Below, piece after piece: positions 53,089 to 64,000 of a stretch of DNA of 64,000 bases; within the stretch, counting starts at the first letter, position 1, and the number at the start of each line of letters is the position of its first letter. The stretch is from positions 62,001-126,000 of the IMG/VR virus record IMGVR_UViG_2860837431_000002, one strand, 5' to 3'. The notes under the pieces are model-generated. The model made no database searches. It saw only the letters and a program-made list of their open reading frames with translations, and was not told the origin of the DNA. Source of the DNA: an uncultured virus (IMG/VR IMGVR_UViG_2860837431_000002) (Duplodnaviria; Heunggongvirae; Uroviricota; Caudoviricetes). The position numbers were made by a program, and so were the translations under genes.

Positions 53089-54123
53089 ATGGCAAGAAAG
53101 ATATCAGATTATCATTTAAAAAAACGTGAAGAAACTCAAAAGAAATTTATTGATTTATTAGCTCAGAATAACTACATTCACATTTCTGGAGACATGGTAA
53201 ATTCAAAAACAAAGGTGAAAGTCAGATGTCCACATAATCACACATGGCAAGTAAATTACGAACACTTTAAAAAAGGTACTCGTTGTCCAGAATGTAGGAT
53301 AATTGAAGGCTCCCTTAAAAAAAGGCTTAACTTAAGTACTGTGAAAAGTAGATATGCCCTTAAAGGCTATGAGATTTTAAGCACCTATAAAAACTGTCAT
53401 TCTAAACTAAAAGCTAAGTGCCCTGAAGGACATATATGGGAGCACCTTCCCAGCAACTTCTTTAAAGGTGAAGAGTGTTTTCAATGTAAAGGTGCTAAAA
53501 AATACACTGTTGAATGTGCACAAGCAGCTTTTTCTGATCGTGGGTTTATCCCTTTATTCGATACATACCATCACAATAAAGAAAATCTCCCTTTTCTATG
53601 CAAGGAACATATAGACTTAGGAGTTCAATATGCTCCACTTCATAACATGGTAAGAGGTTTAGCAAACTGCAGAAAGTGTTATTTACTTCTTTTCACAGGC
53701 GAAAATAGCTCTAGATGGAAAGGCGGTATTTCTCCTTTAAATAAAACTTTAAGAGAAGCTGTTTATGAAGTTTGGACTAAACCCTCATTAGAGAAATATT
53801 CATTTAAATGTGCAATAACAAACTCTACAAAAGACCTTCATGTGCACCACTATAAAAAGAATTTTAGCGAGATTGTTAAAGAAGCACTGAGCAATTTAAG
53901 TTTTGAACCGCAGTCTAAAATTGGCGATTTTACTGTCAATGAGCTTGAGCAAATTAAAAATGAATGTGTAAGACTTCATTTGAATTATGGACTCGGAATT
54001 CCTCTAACTAAAAAAATCCACAATCTTTTCCATGAAATTTATGGAACATCCAACAATAATGAGATTCAATTCAACGAGTTTCGAAATCGCTATGAAAATG
54101 GTGAATTCGAGGCTCTTTTTTAA
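53089..54123 (+). CDS. Free-standing HNH homing-type endonuclease with Zn-ribbon repeats (yomD position)
   Basis: Two CPxxHxW...CxxC repeats, WKGG, CAIT...LHVHH...HNLFH. Confidence 0.82.
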   Translation: MARKISDYHLKKREETQKKFIDLLAQNNYIHISGDMVNSKTKVKVRCPHNHTWQVNYEHFKKGTRCPECRIIEGSLKKRLNLSTVKSRYALKGYEILSTYKNCHSKLKAKCPEGHIWEHLPSNFFKGEECFQCKGAKKYTVECAQAAFSDRGFIPLFDTYHHNKENLPFLCKEHIDLGVQYAPLHNMVRGLANCRKCYLLLFTGENSSRWKGGISPLNKTLREAVYEVWTKPSLEKYSFKCAITNSTKDLHVHHYKKNFSEIVKEALSNLSFEPQSKIGDFTVNELEQIKNECVRLHLNYGLGIPLTKKIHNLFHEIYGTSNNNEIQFNEFRNRYENGEFEALF

Positions 54124-54146
54124 TTAGAAATTAAGGAGATGTTTTT

Positions 54147-55249
54147 ATGTCAGTTTTCACTAATAGCTACATTCCAGTCAATAAGTATACTAGACCAGGT
54201 TTGAAATTACAGGGGGTGAAAAAATGCGTCCTCCACTATACAGCCAATCCGGGAGCCGGCGCAGACAATCATCGAAGATACTTCAGCAATGCACAAGTTT
54301 ATGCATCAGCTCACATTTTCGTAGATAAGACTGAAGCAATTTGTATCATTCCGTTAAATGAAGTAGCTTACCATGCTAATGATATTCAGCAAAGAGATAG
54401 TGCCGGAAATCCTTATCGAGGAGTAGCCGCACTGAAACCTAACGCTAACTTTTTATCTATTGGGGTTGAGATGTGCCTTGAAAAAGACGGTTCATTCCAT
54501 TCGGAAACAGTTGAAAGAACTGAGGATGTGTTCGTTGAATTATGTAATAAGTTTGGTTTAGATCCTATTGATGATATTGTTCGTCATTATGACATCACCC
54601 ATAAGAATTGCCCTGCACCATGGGTATCTAACAGCCAAAAATTTGTAGACTTTAAAAATCGAGTAAAGGCAAAAATGTCAGGCAAATCTGTTTCAAAAGC
54701 TTCTCCAACTAAACCAATAGCCTCCTCTCCTTCCTCTTCATCAGCAGCAAGTGGTTCCCTTAAATCAAAAGTTGACGGTCTTCGCTTCTACTCAAAACCA
54801 TCATGGGAAGATAAAAATGTTGTCGGCACAGTAAATAAAGGTATTGGATTTCCTACAGTTGTTGAGAAAGTTAAAGTCGGATCTGCGTATCAATACAAAG
54901 TTAAGAACTCTAAAGGCGCTACATATTACATCACTGCTTCTGACAAATATGTTGATGTTACAGGATCAGTTAAAGCCTCTTCTCCTACCCCAAAAACAAC
55001 ATCAACTTCTTCAAGCTCCTCATCTATTAAATCCGTGGGAAAAATCAAAATTGTCGGTGTATCAAGCGCAGCAATCGTAATGGACAAACCTGATCGAAAT
55101 AGTTCAAAAATATTGGCACAGTCAAGCTTGGAAGCACTGTTTCAATTTCTGGTTCAGTTAAAGGTAAAAACAATTCCAAAGGTTACTGGGAAGTTATTTA
55201 TAACGGTAAACGCGGATACATCTCAGGACAGTTCGGTTCAAAAATCTAA
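54147..55249 (+). CDS. blyA: Endolysin, N-acetylmuramoyl-L-alanine amidase; apparent 1-nt deletion in A-run 55106-55110
   Basis: HYTAN, SAH, IGVE, HYD..KNCP amidase_2 motifs; C-terminal SH3-like domain continues in another frame to TAA 55249. Confidence 0.88.
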
Positions 55250-55364
55250 TTATATTCAATTATCTCGGAGGATATTTATTGATCTAATGTATCATTGACT
55301 ATCCTCTTAATTTTAGGAGGTGATGTAATGTCACCTTTCTATATTTATTAAAGGTTGGTGACAA

Positions 55365-55757
55365 ATGGATAATTTTGAGCAAAGCACCATTTCAAGATTA
55401 AGTGCACTAGAAGAAAAAGCAAAACACACTAATAACAAGATTGACTCTCTTGAAGAAAGAACAAATGTTATCGGTCGTATAGCTACACTTGTTGAGCAAC
55501 AAGTCGAAATTAACAAAGACTCTCAAGCACAATCAAGAGAACAGTTCAGTACTCTTAACGAAATGAGTAACAGTTTAAAAAATCTAAGCAAATCATATGA
55601 AAAACTGGACAATCGAGTTGAAATATTGGAACGCTCTGATTCTACTCGTAAAATTGATCCCTCACAGTTTACTAAAGACCTTGTATTCAAGGTGCTACCA
55701 AGTGTGATTGCAACTATTGTCGGTGCATGGTTGCTCATACATTTTGGCCTTAAATAA
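55365..55757 (+). CDS. XhlA-like holin accessory protein
   Basis: Coiled coil plus C-terminal TM helix; between endolysin and holin. Confidence 0.7.
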   Translation: MDNFEQSTISRLSALEEKAKHTNNKIDSLEERTNVIGRIATLVEQQVEINKDSQAQSREQFSTLNEMSNSLKNLSKSYEKLDNRVEILERSDSTRKIDPSQFTKDLVFKVLPSVIATIVGAWLLIHFGLK

Positions 55758-55777
55758 AATCAACAGGAGACGATTAA

Positions 55778-56029
55778 ATGACTAAAATCAACTGGAAAGT
55801 AAGACTGAAAAAGAAGACATTTCTTGTTGCAATTTTCTCTGCAACGCTGTTATTTGTACAAGCAATTGCCTCTGCTTTTGGGTATGACTTAACTGTATTT
55901 GGTGACAATTTGACAGAGAAATTTAATGCACTACTAACATTTTTAACTGCAATGGGTATCATTGTTGACCCAACAACTCAAGGTATTTCTGATAGTGAAC
56001 AAGCAATGGATTATGATTCACCGAGATAA
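55778..56029 (+). CDS. Phage holin (phi LC3 family)
   Basis: INWKVRLK...GIIVDPTT.G.SDS motif. Confidence 0.9.
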   Translation: MTKINWKVRLKKKTFLVAIFSATLLFVQAIASAFGYDLTVFGDNLTEKFNALLTFLTAMGIIVDPTTQGISDSEQAMDYDSPR

Positions 56030-56153
56030 AACCCCTACCCTTCTCTTAATCGAGGAGGGTATTTTTTTCGTTATTTAAGATAACATTAATCTTCCTTATT
56101 CATTTAAATATGATAAAATATTACATATTTAGATATTTAATATAGGAGGGCTT

Positions 56154-57293
56154 GTGTTGGAGCAGATGATCTCTTCTTCTAAAGTTGGAGTGAAAATAAA
56201 TGAGTGGTATAAATACATAAGATTATTTAGTGTCCCAGATTCGGAAATATTGAAAGCTGAGGTCGAGGAAGAAATAAGGCATATGAAAGAAGATCAAGAT
56301 TTATTGCTGTACTATTCTCTCATGTGTTTTCGCCATCAGCTGATGCTGGACTACCTTGAACCAAAAACATTGAACGAAGAACGACCTAAAATTTCAGACT
56401 TATTAGAAAAGATCGAAAGTAGTCAAACTGATTTGAAAGGGATTCTTGAATATTATTTTAACTTTTTCCGGGGAATGTATGAATTTGAACAATACGAATA
56501 TCTTAATGCCATAAGCTTCTATAAGCAAGCCGAGAGAAAATTATCACTTGTTGCAGATGAAATTGAAAGAGCTGAATTCCACTATAAAGTTGCAGAAATT
56601 TATTATCATATGAAGCAAACACATATGTCGATGCACCACATTGTTCAAGCAATCGATAGTTATAAAGCACATGAAAACTACACTGTAAGAGTTATTCAAT
56701 GCTCATTTGTTATCGGACTGAACTATTTGGATATGGACTACCCTGAAAAAGCGATCCCTCATTTTAAAGATGCTCTAGATAAAGCAAGAGAAATCGATAT
56801 GTCACGATTAATCGGATCATCTCTTTACAATCTCGGCTTATGTTCCTTTGCTGAGGAAGCTTATGAAAAGGCATCTGAGTACTTCAAGGAGGGCATTAGA
56901 GTATATCAGGATAATGGGTATGAACATTCAAATCGCATATTAGATATCTTACTTATGTTGACAAAAACCACTTTTAAAATGAGAAATCACTCCGAGGGAA
57001 TTTCTTGGTGTGCACACGGTCTGTCTTTGTCCAAAAATTTAAACGATGAGATTATGGCAAAAATGTTTGAATTCATTCATGCCTTATATGTAGATAATGA
57101 CAATGAAAAATTAAATTCAATTCTAAATTATTTAGAATTAAAGTCAATGCTTTCAGACGTGGAGGATTTAGCATCAGATGCAGCGAAGTATTACAATGAA
57201 AAAGAAGACCATAAAGTGGCTGTTGCTTATTATGAAAAAGTGCTTTATGCCCGTAAACAAATTCAGAGAGGGGATTGTCTTTATGAAACTTAA
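56154..57293 (+). CDS. Rap-family TPR phosphatase/regulator
   Basis: SSKVGVKINEWY...DQDLLLYYSLMCFRHQLMLDYL Rap signature. Confidence 0.95.
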   Translation: MLEQMISSSKVGVKINEWYKYIRLFSVPDSEILKAEVEEEIRHMKEDQDLLLYYSLMCFRHQLMLDYLEPKTLNEERPKISDLLEKIESSQTDLKGILEYYFNFFRGMYEFEQYEYLNAISFYKQAERKLSLVADEIERAEFHYKVAEIYYHMKQTHMSMHHIVQAIDSYKAHENYTVRVIQCSFVIGLNYLDMDYPEKAIPHFKDALDKAREIDMSRLIGSSLYNLGLCSFAEEAYEKASEYFKEGIRVYQDNGYEHSNRILDILLMLTKTTFKMRNHSEGISWCAHGLSLSKNLNDEIMAKMFEFIHALYVDNDNEKLNSILNYLELKSMLSDVEDLASDAAKYYNEKEDHKVAVAYYEKVLYARKQIQRGDCLYET

Positions 57294-57459
57294 GCATGCA
57301 TCTGTCTTTATTTTAGCCATTGTTTTAATTGGATTTGTAAGCACTTATTTAACTAACACTCAAAAAGATGTCCAAGAAGCACGCAGAGGACATACAGCCA
57401 GTATTGGTTTTACTGATGGTCATTCGTATGAAATTGCAAGCAGAGGACATACTTCTTAA
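57283..57459 (+). CDS. Phr propeptide (58 aa) with two RGHT(A/S) peptide copies
   Basis: Overlaps the rap stop; signal peptide; EARRGHTA and IASRGHTS. Confidence 0.9.
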   Translation: MKLKHASVFILAIVLIGFVSTYLTNTQKDVQEARRGHTASIGFTDGHSYEIASRGHTS

Positions 57460-57500
57460 TATGTTTTTCTTATCCCCCCTCCAAATTGAGGGGGTTATTT

Positions 57501-58751
57501 TTATGATTTATGTCCCCCAGTAAGTCCAGCTCTGTAAAGTGCAGTTCCTGCAGATGTATAAGAAACTGCTCTAAGAATCGCTTTCGATCCGTATTTACTT
57601 CTAATCCCATCCATTACAAACCCAAGTTTCCTTCTCTTTTCATTATCCACTTCAAATAAACTCAACTGTTGATTAACATCATCCTCAATATTTGATAACG
57701 TAACTGAGATACTTCTTACTGTTTTACCCGAGTAAAACTTATCAAACAGCATCAAGCAACATCTATATATGTCCATCGTGATATTTGTGGGAAGATCTAT
57801 TGTTTTGGCTCGGTGAAATCCACCACCAAGATCATCCTTACTGTATCCAATACCCAGGCTGATTGTTCGACCAGCTTTGTTGTGTGTACGTGCCCTTCTT
57901 GCGACTTCCTCACAAATTTCCAAAAGAACAGCCTTAATCTCTTCTCTCCTTATATAATCCCTCAGTAAAATCTGACTCTTACCAAAACTAATCTGTCCTT
58001 GCATCAAAGGAGCTCCTATTTCTGATAAATCGATTCCATGAGCATGATAATACAACTGGTTTCCCATTATTCCGAACTTCTTTTCAAGCAGCTCTAAAGG
58101 AAATTTAGCTAACTGACCTACAGTTGATATTCCAATCCGATTCAGATTTCTTTCCATCCTCCCTCCTATCCCCCACATTTTAGACAACGGGTGAACCTTC
58201 CAGAGTTTATTTGGCACATCTTCATATCTCCAACGTGCAATGCCACTTTTCGTTTTCTTACTCTCCAGGTCAAGTGCAAGCTTACTGAGCAACATATTAT
58301 CTCCAATGCCTACTGTACACATCAGACCAAATTCTCTCCACATGCTGCTTTGGATTGCCTTGGCCATTTCTTCAGGATCTTCTTTTCCTGCATCTAAAAA
58401 AGATTCATCAATTGAATACGTATGGACACATTTCTCAGGAACAAATCTGTAAAACAGCTTTGTAATTTCAGTTGAAACTCTGATGAAAAGCTTCATTTGT
58501 GGATTTACAATGTGTATCCTTGGATCTTCAGGTATCTCAAAAAGTCTCGATCCTGTTTTGATTCCAAAATCTTTTTTAAGTGCAGGAGATGCAGCTAACA
58601 CTACACTTCCCTGTCTCTCCGTATTCCCTACAACAGCAAGATAGCATGTTAAAGGATTAAGTCCCATTGTTACAGCCGATACAGAAGCATAAAAGGATTT
58701 CATATCGACACAAAGTATATTCTTACGTGGAAATTGTGAGTAATCAATCAT
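57501..58751 (-). CDS. uvrX: Y-family lesion-bypass DNA polymerase
   Basis: VDMKSFYASV, YSIDESF motifs. Confidence 0.95.
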   Translation of the reverse strand: MIDYSQFPRKNILCVDMKSFYASVSAVTMGLNPLTCYLAVVGNTERQGSVVLAASPALKKDFGIKTGSRLFEIPEDPRIHIVNPQMKLFIRVSTEITKLFYRFVPEKCVHTYSIDESFLDAGKEDPEEMAKAIQSSMWREFGLMCTVGIGDNMLLSKLALDLESKKTKSGIARWRYEDVPNKLWKVHPLSKMWGIGGRMERNLNRIGISTVGQLAKFPLELLEKKFGIMGNQLYYHAHGIDLSEIGAPLMQGQISFGKSQILLRDYIRREEIKAVLLEICEEVARRARTHNKAGRTISLGIGYSKDDLGGGFHRAKTIDLPTNITMDIYRCCLMLFDKFYSGKTVRSISVTLSNIEDDVNQQLSLFEVDNEKRRKLGFVMDGIRSKYGSKAILRAVSYTSAGTALYRAGLTGGHKS

Positions 58752-59076
58752 TGTATGTAACTCCTATGATGTCATTCATGTTGATATAAACTGTATTGTC
58801 GTTCTGGTCTTTTACGTGAAGCTTTTGTTGTTCAAAATTAATGTAATGGACTCTTCCGTTGACATTTTCAACGAATCCATTGTTAAAGAGTTTGAATTTC
58901 AACTCTTTATTAAATTCAAGTGCCTCAGAGACGAGAAGATCCATCTCTTCAATTTGTTGGTCATCTAAGGATGGTTTTTCAATTTTTGATACATCAATCA
59001 AATCTTGTTTAAGTTGTGTTAAATGTTCTGGAAGCATCATTGATGTCCATTTGATTGTTCCTCGATCCCTAAGCAT
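58744..59076 (-). CDS. yolD: YolD-like protein
   Basis: MLRDRGTIKWTSMMLPEH signature. Confidence 0.93.
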   Translation of the reverse strand: MLRDRGTIKWTSMMLPEHLTQLKQDLIDVSKIEKPSLDDQQIEEMDLLVSEALEFNKELKFKLFNNGFVENVNGRVHYINFEQQKLHVKDQNDNTVYINMNDIIGVTYND

Positions 59077-59110
59077 ATCGACTCACTCCTTTATTGATCT
59101 AATATTAACA

Positions 59111-59152
59111 GAACAAACGTTCTTCATTCAAGATGAACAAGAACAAAAGTTC
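59111..59152. promoter_or_regulatory. Two LexA (SOS) boxes upstream of yolD-uvrX
   Basis: GAAC-AAAC-GTTC 59111-59122 and GAAC-AAAA-GTTC 59141-59152. Confidence 0.85.
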
Positions 59153-59243
59153 GTTGTAAATGTTGGTAATTAATCGATACTATGACATTTTATACGTGAT
59201 ACACTTATTAGCAAATGGATAAGTTAATTGAGGAGATGAAATA

Positions 59244-60242
59244 ATGTCATTGACCGGCAAGCTAAGAAGTAAAAAACAAAAAGACAAGGAATTTAAAAAT
59301 ATCCTTGTTTCTATAGAGCCATTAAAAGACGACTACTATACCCTGAGTGGTAAGCTTCCTTTTTCAAAAGAATATTCAATATATGCCCCCTATAAACTTG
59401 AAAATCAATACAATTCAAGTTTAATTGGTGTTGCTTTTGATTACTTAGCAAGGTTTAGAATTGGACAGTTTACAAATAAAGAGGAAGCAAAAGATCGTTT
59501 AAAAGCTTATAAGGGACTGAGGAAATTATGTCAAAAAACTAAGGATTATTCACTAGAGGGTGCCTTCTATATACCCTTAATAAACGACATATTGGACTTT
59601 ATCAGAAGTGAATCGAAAATATCTCCAGATCTATGTCAAAAAGCAGTAAAGTTAGCTAAACTAGAACAGTTATACAGATCTCGAACCATTGGAGAGATAA
59701 ATGCAGATTCTTATACTTGCATAGATTCTTCTGATGAAATAGTCAATGACCTAATGAGCCTTTTGGATGTTTTCGAAGATAAGTTCATAAACAGTGGCAT
59801 ACTATCAAAAAACAGCGAAGTCGATTTTAATCCCTACTTTGGCGTCAGCTCTCCATTAGTAGGCGGTGCAGATGCAGATATTTGGATAGATGGGACGTTG
59901 TATGATTTTAAAACAACAATAAAGTACTCTTTGGATAAAAATGATAACCTTCAGTTAATTGGCTATTTTATATTAAATGAACTCGCTCAAGAAGTTCACG
60001 CTGCAACAGGAGTTCCTCCCCTATTAGACATAAATAGAGTGGGTTTTTATAAAGCAAGGTATGGAGAGATTGAATTTTACGATACAGAAAAATTGATTAC
60101 AAAAGAAATGCGCGACCAAACATTAGTTGAATTGGCTAAATACTTTAGTGAAAATCCAGGTAAGTTATATTTAGTTCATAACCCTTTCTTTGTAGAGGAT
60201 GCAAAAGAGGTTCTAAAATCAATTGGTGAATGGGGAATTTAG
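59244..60242 (+). CDS. PD-(D/E)XK nuclease-like accessory protein
   Basis: GADADIWIDGTLYDFKTT...LQLIGY resembles RecB-family motifs II/III and QxxxY. Confidence 0.7.
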   Translation: MSLTGKLRSKKQKDKEFKNILVSIEPLKDDYYTLSGKLPFSKEYSIYAPYKLENQYNSSLIGVAFDYLARFRIGQFTNKEEAKDRLKAYKGLRKLCQKTKDYSLEGAFYIPLINDILDFIRSESKISPDLCQKAVKLAKLEQLYRSRTIGEINADSYTCIDSSDEIVNDLMSLLDVFEDKFINSGILSKNSEVDFNPYFGVSSPLVGGADADIWIDGTLYDFKTTIKYSLDKNDNLQLIGYFILNELAQEVHAATGVPPLLDINRVGFYKARYGEIEFYDTEKLITKEMRDQTLVELAKYFSENPGKLYLVHNPFFVEDAKEVLKSIGEWGI

Positions 60243-60402
60243 AGATACATTCTATCTAATCTTAAAACATATGATTCACATTGGTAATTTATTGTGAATT
60301 TTCAACGACAAGGGTATTTATGTATAGTATAATATTTCCTGTACATCAAGTTTGCTCACTCAAGGGAGTCTTGCTCATCCCCTAATGAAAGGGGGTGATG
60401 CT

Positions 60403-60486
60403 ATGTCAACATTTCAGGCATTAATGCTGATGCTTGCGTTCGGGTCGTTTATAATTGCCCTGTTGACGTATATAAATAAAAAATAG
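60403..60486 (+). CDS. BsrE/BsrH-type type I toxin (27 aa)
   Basis: MSTFQALMLMLAFGSFIIALLTYINKK; SD sequestered by a CATCCCC/GGGGGTGATG hairpin; terminator ~60573-60608. Confidence 0.88.
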   Translation: MSTFQALMLMLAFGSFIIALLTYINKK

Positions 60487-60663
60487 ACCTCCCTTGAGCC
60501 TCAGAACCTTAAAGGGATAGGTCTACGTAGATTGAACATCGAGCAAGCCCTTTGATGGGCAGCTTTTTGTACAGATCCGGGGTGTTGGTAGCACCCTGGT
60601 CTTTTTTATTTTATGCAATCCAATTAAACAAATGCATTTTATACGTAAAAACGTATAATCTTC
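60480..60663 (-). ncRNA. Convergent antisense antitoxin RNA (SR4/SR5-like; ends approximate)
   Basis: Minus-strand TTGCAA-18 bp-TATAAT (60699-60670); hairpin TAGACCT...AGGTCTA plus U-run at the toxin 3' end. Confidence 0.7.
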
Positions 60664-60710
60664 ATCCTAATTATAACCATATAAAAATGGTATTTGCAAT
60701 ACAATTGCTT

Positions 60711-60738
60711 TATGGATAAAACCATTATTTTATTTAGA
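60711..60738. repeat. 28-bp dyad site, copy 8
   Basis: TATGGATAAAA-CCATTA-TTTTATTTAGA. Confidence 0.85.
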
Positions 60739-60810
60739 TTGGAGATGCTTATTTCTGCAACATCTCATACAATTGCAATACTTTTGCTTAGAGGAGCGTT
60801 TTAAAAAAGA

Positions 60811-61407
60811 CTAGTTGTCTTTCCCAAAGAGCATCTTTCCAAAATCATTGTCCAAAATCTCAATTTCAACATCGCTAACATTATCATCAGTTTCAATTGG
60901 TTCATCAACTAAACTTAGGATAAACTCCTCAAACGAATTAGCAATCAGGAAAAAGTCTTTCTCAGGATGACTTGATTCATGATCCCAAAACAATATCTTT
61001 TCATCATCGATGTCCATACATATTTCATTACCACCTGCAGAGCTTGCAATCGGGATAATATTTTTAGGAAAGCGATCAGAATATGTATCGATCGCTTTCT
61101 GAAGATTGTTGTGATCGTTCGCCAAACCATAAAAACCCTCTAACAATTGTGTATCATCATCCTTACCCATCCAAGGGTCTTTCTCTATAGGTTTATAGCA
61201 AACGTCATACTCAATCTCATCTGTTGTTTTTTTACTTCCTAGATAACATCCTCCATATTTCTTCAAAAAGTCCCTATAATCTGAAGGTAATTGATTGCCC
61301 ATATTTTTTTCAAGCTCTTTGAGTTGTTCGTTTGTATTAATGCTGGGATCTGTTTCAGCATCTATCGTAAACTCTTTCAACTTTTGTTCGATCTTAGTGA
61401 AGCTCAT
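60811..61407 (-). CDS. SMI1/KNR4 (SUKH) immunity protein
   Basis: LPSDYRDFLKKYGG, IPIASSAGGNEIC, IANSFEEF. Confidence 0.9.
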   Translation of the reverse strand: MSFTKIEQKLKEFTIDAETDPSINTNEQLKELEKNMGNQLPSDYRDFLKKYGGCYLGSKKTTDEIEYDVCYKPIEKDPWMGKDDDTQLLEGFYGLANDHNNLQKAIDTYSDRFPKNIIPIASSAGGNEICMDIDDEKILFWDHESSHPEKDFFLIANSFEEFILSLVDEPIETDDNVSDVEIEILDNDFGKMLFGKDN

Positions 61408-61408
61408 T

Positions 61409-63171
<1,763 letters not shown>

Positions 63172-63298
63172 TCAAGCTTACTCTATGTAAATTTTACCAC
63201 AATCAACTATTTCAATAACAGAAAAAGACAGCCTAATATGACTGCCCTTTAATGACTAACATGTGAAGCTAAAAAATCTTTGGGTGCATCTTTAATTT

Positions 63299-63832
63299 TT
63301 AATTTATGTTCTTATAGTAAGCTTTAACATCTCTTTCAACTTCCCAGTACTTATTTCCGTTCGAACTTAAAAGTCGATCAAACCAAATTTCAAAATTCGC
63401 TCTTAAATCCACTGCTTCATCAAAATGATCAATTGCATCCAAATAAAATAGATAATCTAAGTCCCCTTTTTCATATCTATTTGAATCTATAACATACCTT
63501 CCATCAAAATGATATCCAATCAAAAAACACTTTTCTGGTAGGTCTTCTGTTTCATTGTATTTCATAACATCTTCAATACTGAGTATTTCGATTCCATCAA
63601 GAAACTCCAATCCATTATGTAGAGCTAGGAACTCCTTATAATCTTTGGGTAAACTTACATTGAAATGTGATTCTAATTTTCTAATTTCGTCTTCTGTTGC
63701 AGGTTCATTAAATTCAAATGTGGCATCTTCTAATACGAAACCACCTGGTTGAATCATTGGAAAAGTGCCATACTTAGAAACAGCTTCTTTAATACCAGCA
63801 AGTGTCAAATGAATAAGTTTGCCTTCTTCCAT
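63299..63832 (-). CDS. yokH: SMI1/KNR4 immunity-family protein (yokH position)
   Basis: PATEDEIRKLESHFNVSLPKDYKEFLALHNG. Confidence 0.75.
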   Translation of the reverse strand: MEEGKLIHLTLAGIKEAVSKYGTFPMIQPGGFVLEDATFEFNEPATEDEIRKLESHFNVSLPKDYKEFLALHNGLEFLDGIEILSIEDVMKYNETEDLPEKCFLIGYHFDGRYVIDSNRYEKGDLDYLFYLDAIDHFDEAVDLRANFEIWFDRLLSSNGNKYWEVERDVKAYYKNIN

Positions 63833-64000
63833 CTCCCATCCCCCTATCAACAATTATCTAGATTTCGCCATGTCATACAGCTATAAGGAAAGCATTACTA
63901 ATAGGACATTTATTGGTATTAGGAAACAATTTTACTCATAATAGAAGCAGCATTAGTGGTGAACAAAATGTAAGTGTTATTTGCTGTTTTAATCACTACC

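Noticed and set aside
55365..56029. Assigning the names bhlA and bhlB
   Set aside because: Sizes and motifs (130-aa XhlA-like protein, phi LC3 holin) do not match my recollection of the SPbeta holins
57178..57282. 93-aa version of the phr ORF
   Set aside because: The extension lies inside rap; SD and signal peptide fit ATG 57283
947..60738. CRISPR array or host dif site as the explanation of the 28-bp repeats
   Set aside because: Copies are dispersed without regular spacers, there are no cas genes, and arms do not match B. subtilis dif

Overview
The whole 64 kb lies inside an SPbeta-like (phi3T-type) Bacillus subtilis-group prophage. It runs from the yopB/yopA end of the early region through yonV-yonU-yoyJ-yonT-yonS-yonR, yonP-yonO (phage RNA polymerase)-yonN (HU), the late head/tail operon (yonK to yomE, including terminase, portal, capsid and the CwlP tape measure), lysis genes, a Rap-Phr pair where SPbeta has its sublancin cluster, uvrX-yolD, a type I toxin, and an LXG toxin with SMI1/KNR4 immunity genes. 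Gene symbols come from recalled SPbeta synteny and protein motifs, not a database search. Main observations: (1) yonO is split by a 1296-nt group I intron (12103-13398) with a GIY-YIG homing endonuclease in its P5 loop; (2) eight copies of a 28-bp 11-6-11 dyad (ATAAAA-N6-TTTTAT) sit at gene and cassette junctions and resemble tyrosine-recombinase sites; (3) about 1.3 kb of densely structured non-coding DNA lies between yonN and yonK, starting with a tRNA-like element that lacks an anticodon arm; (4) accessory genes include a proteasome-beta-like protein, a HEPN-motif YopA, a GIY-YIG protein fused to a copy of the YonV C-terminus, and a stand-alone terminase-nuclease paralogue. Two single-A frameshifts (blyA and the LXG toxin) may be sequencing artefacts.
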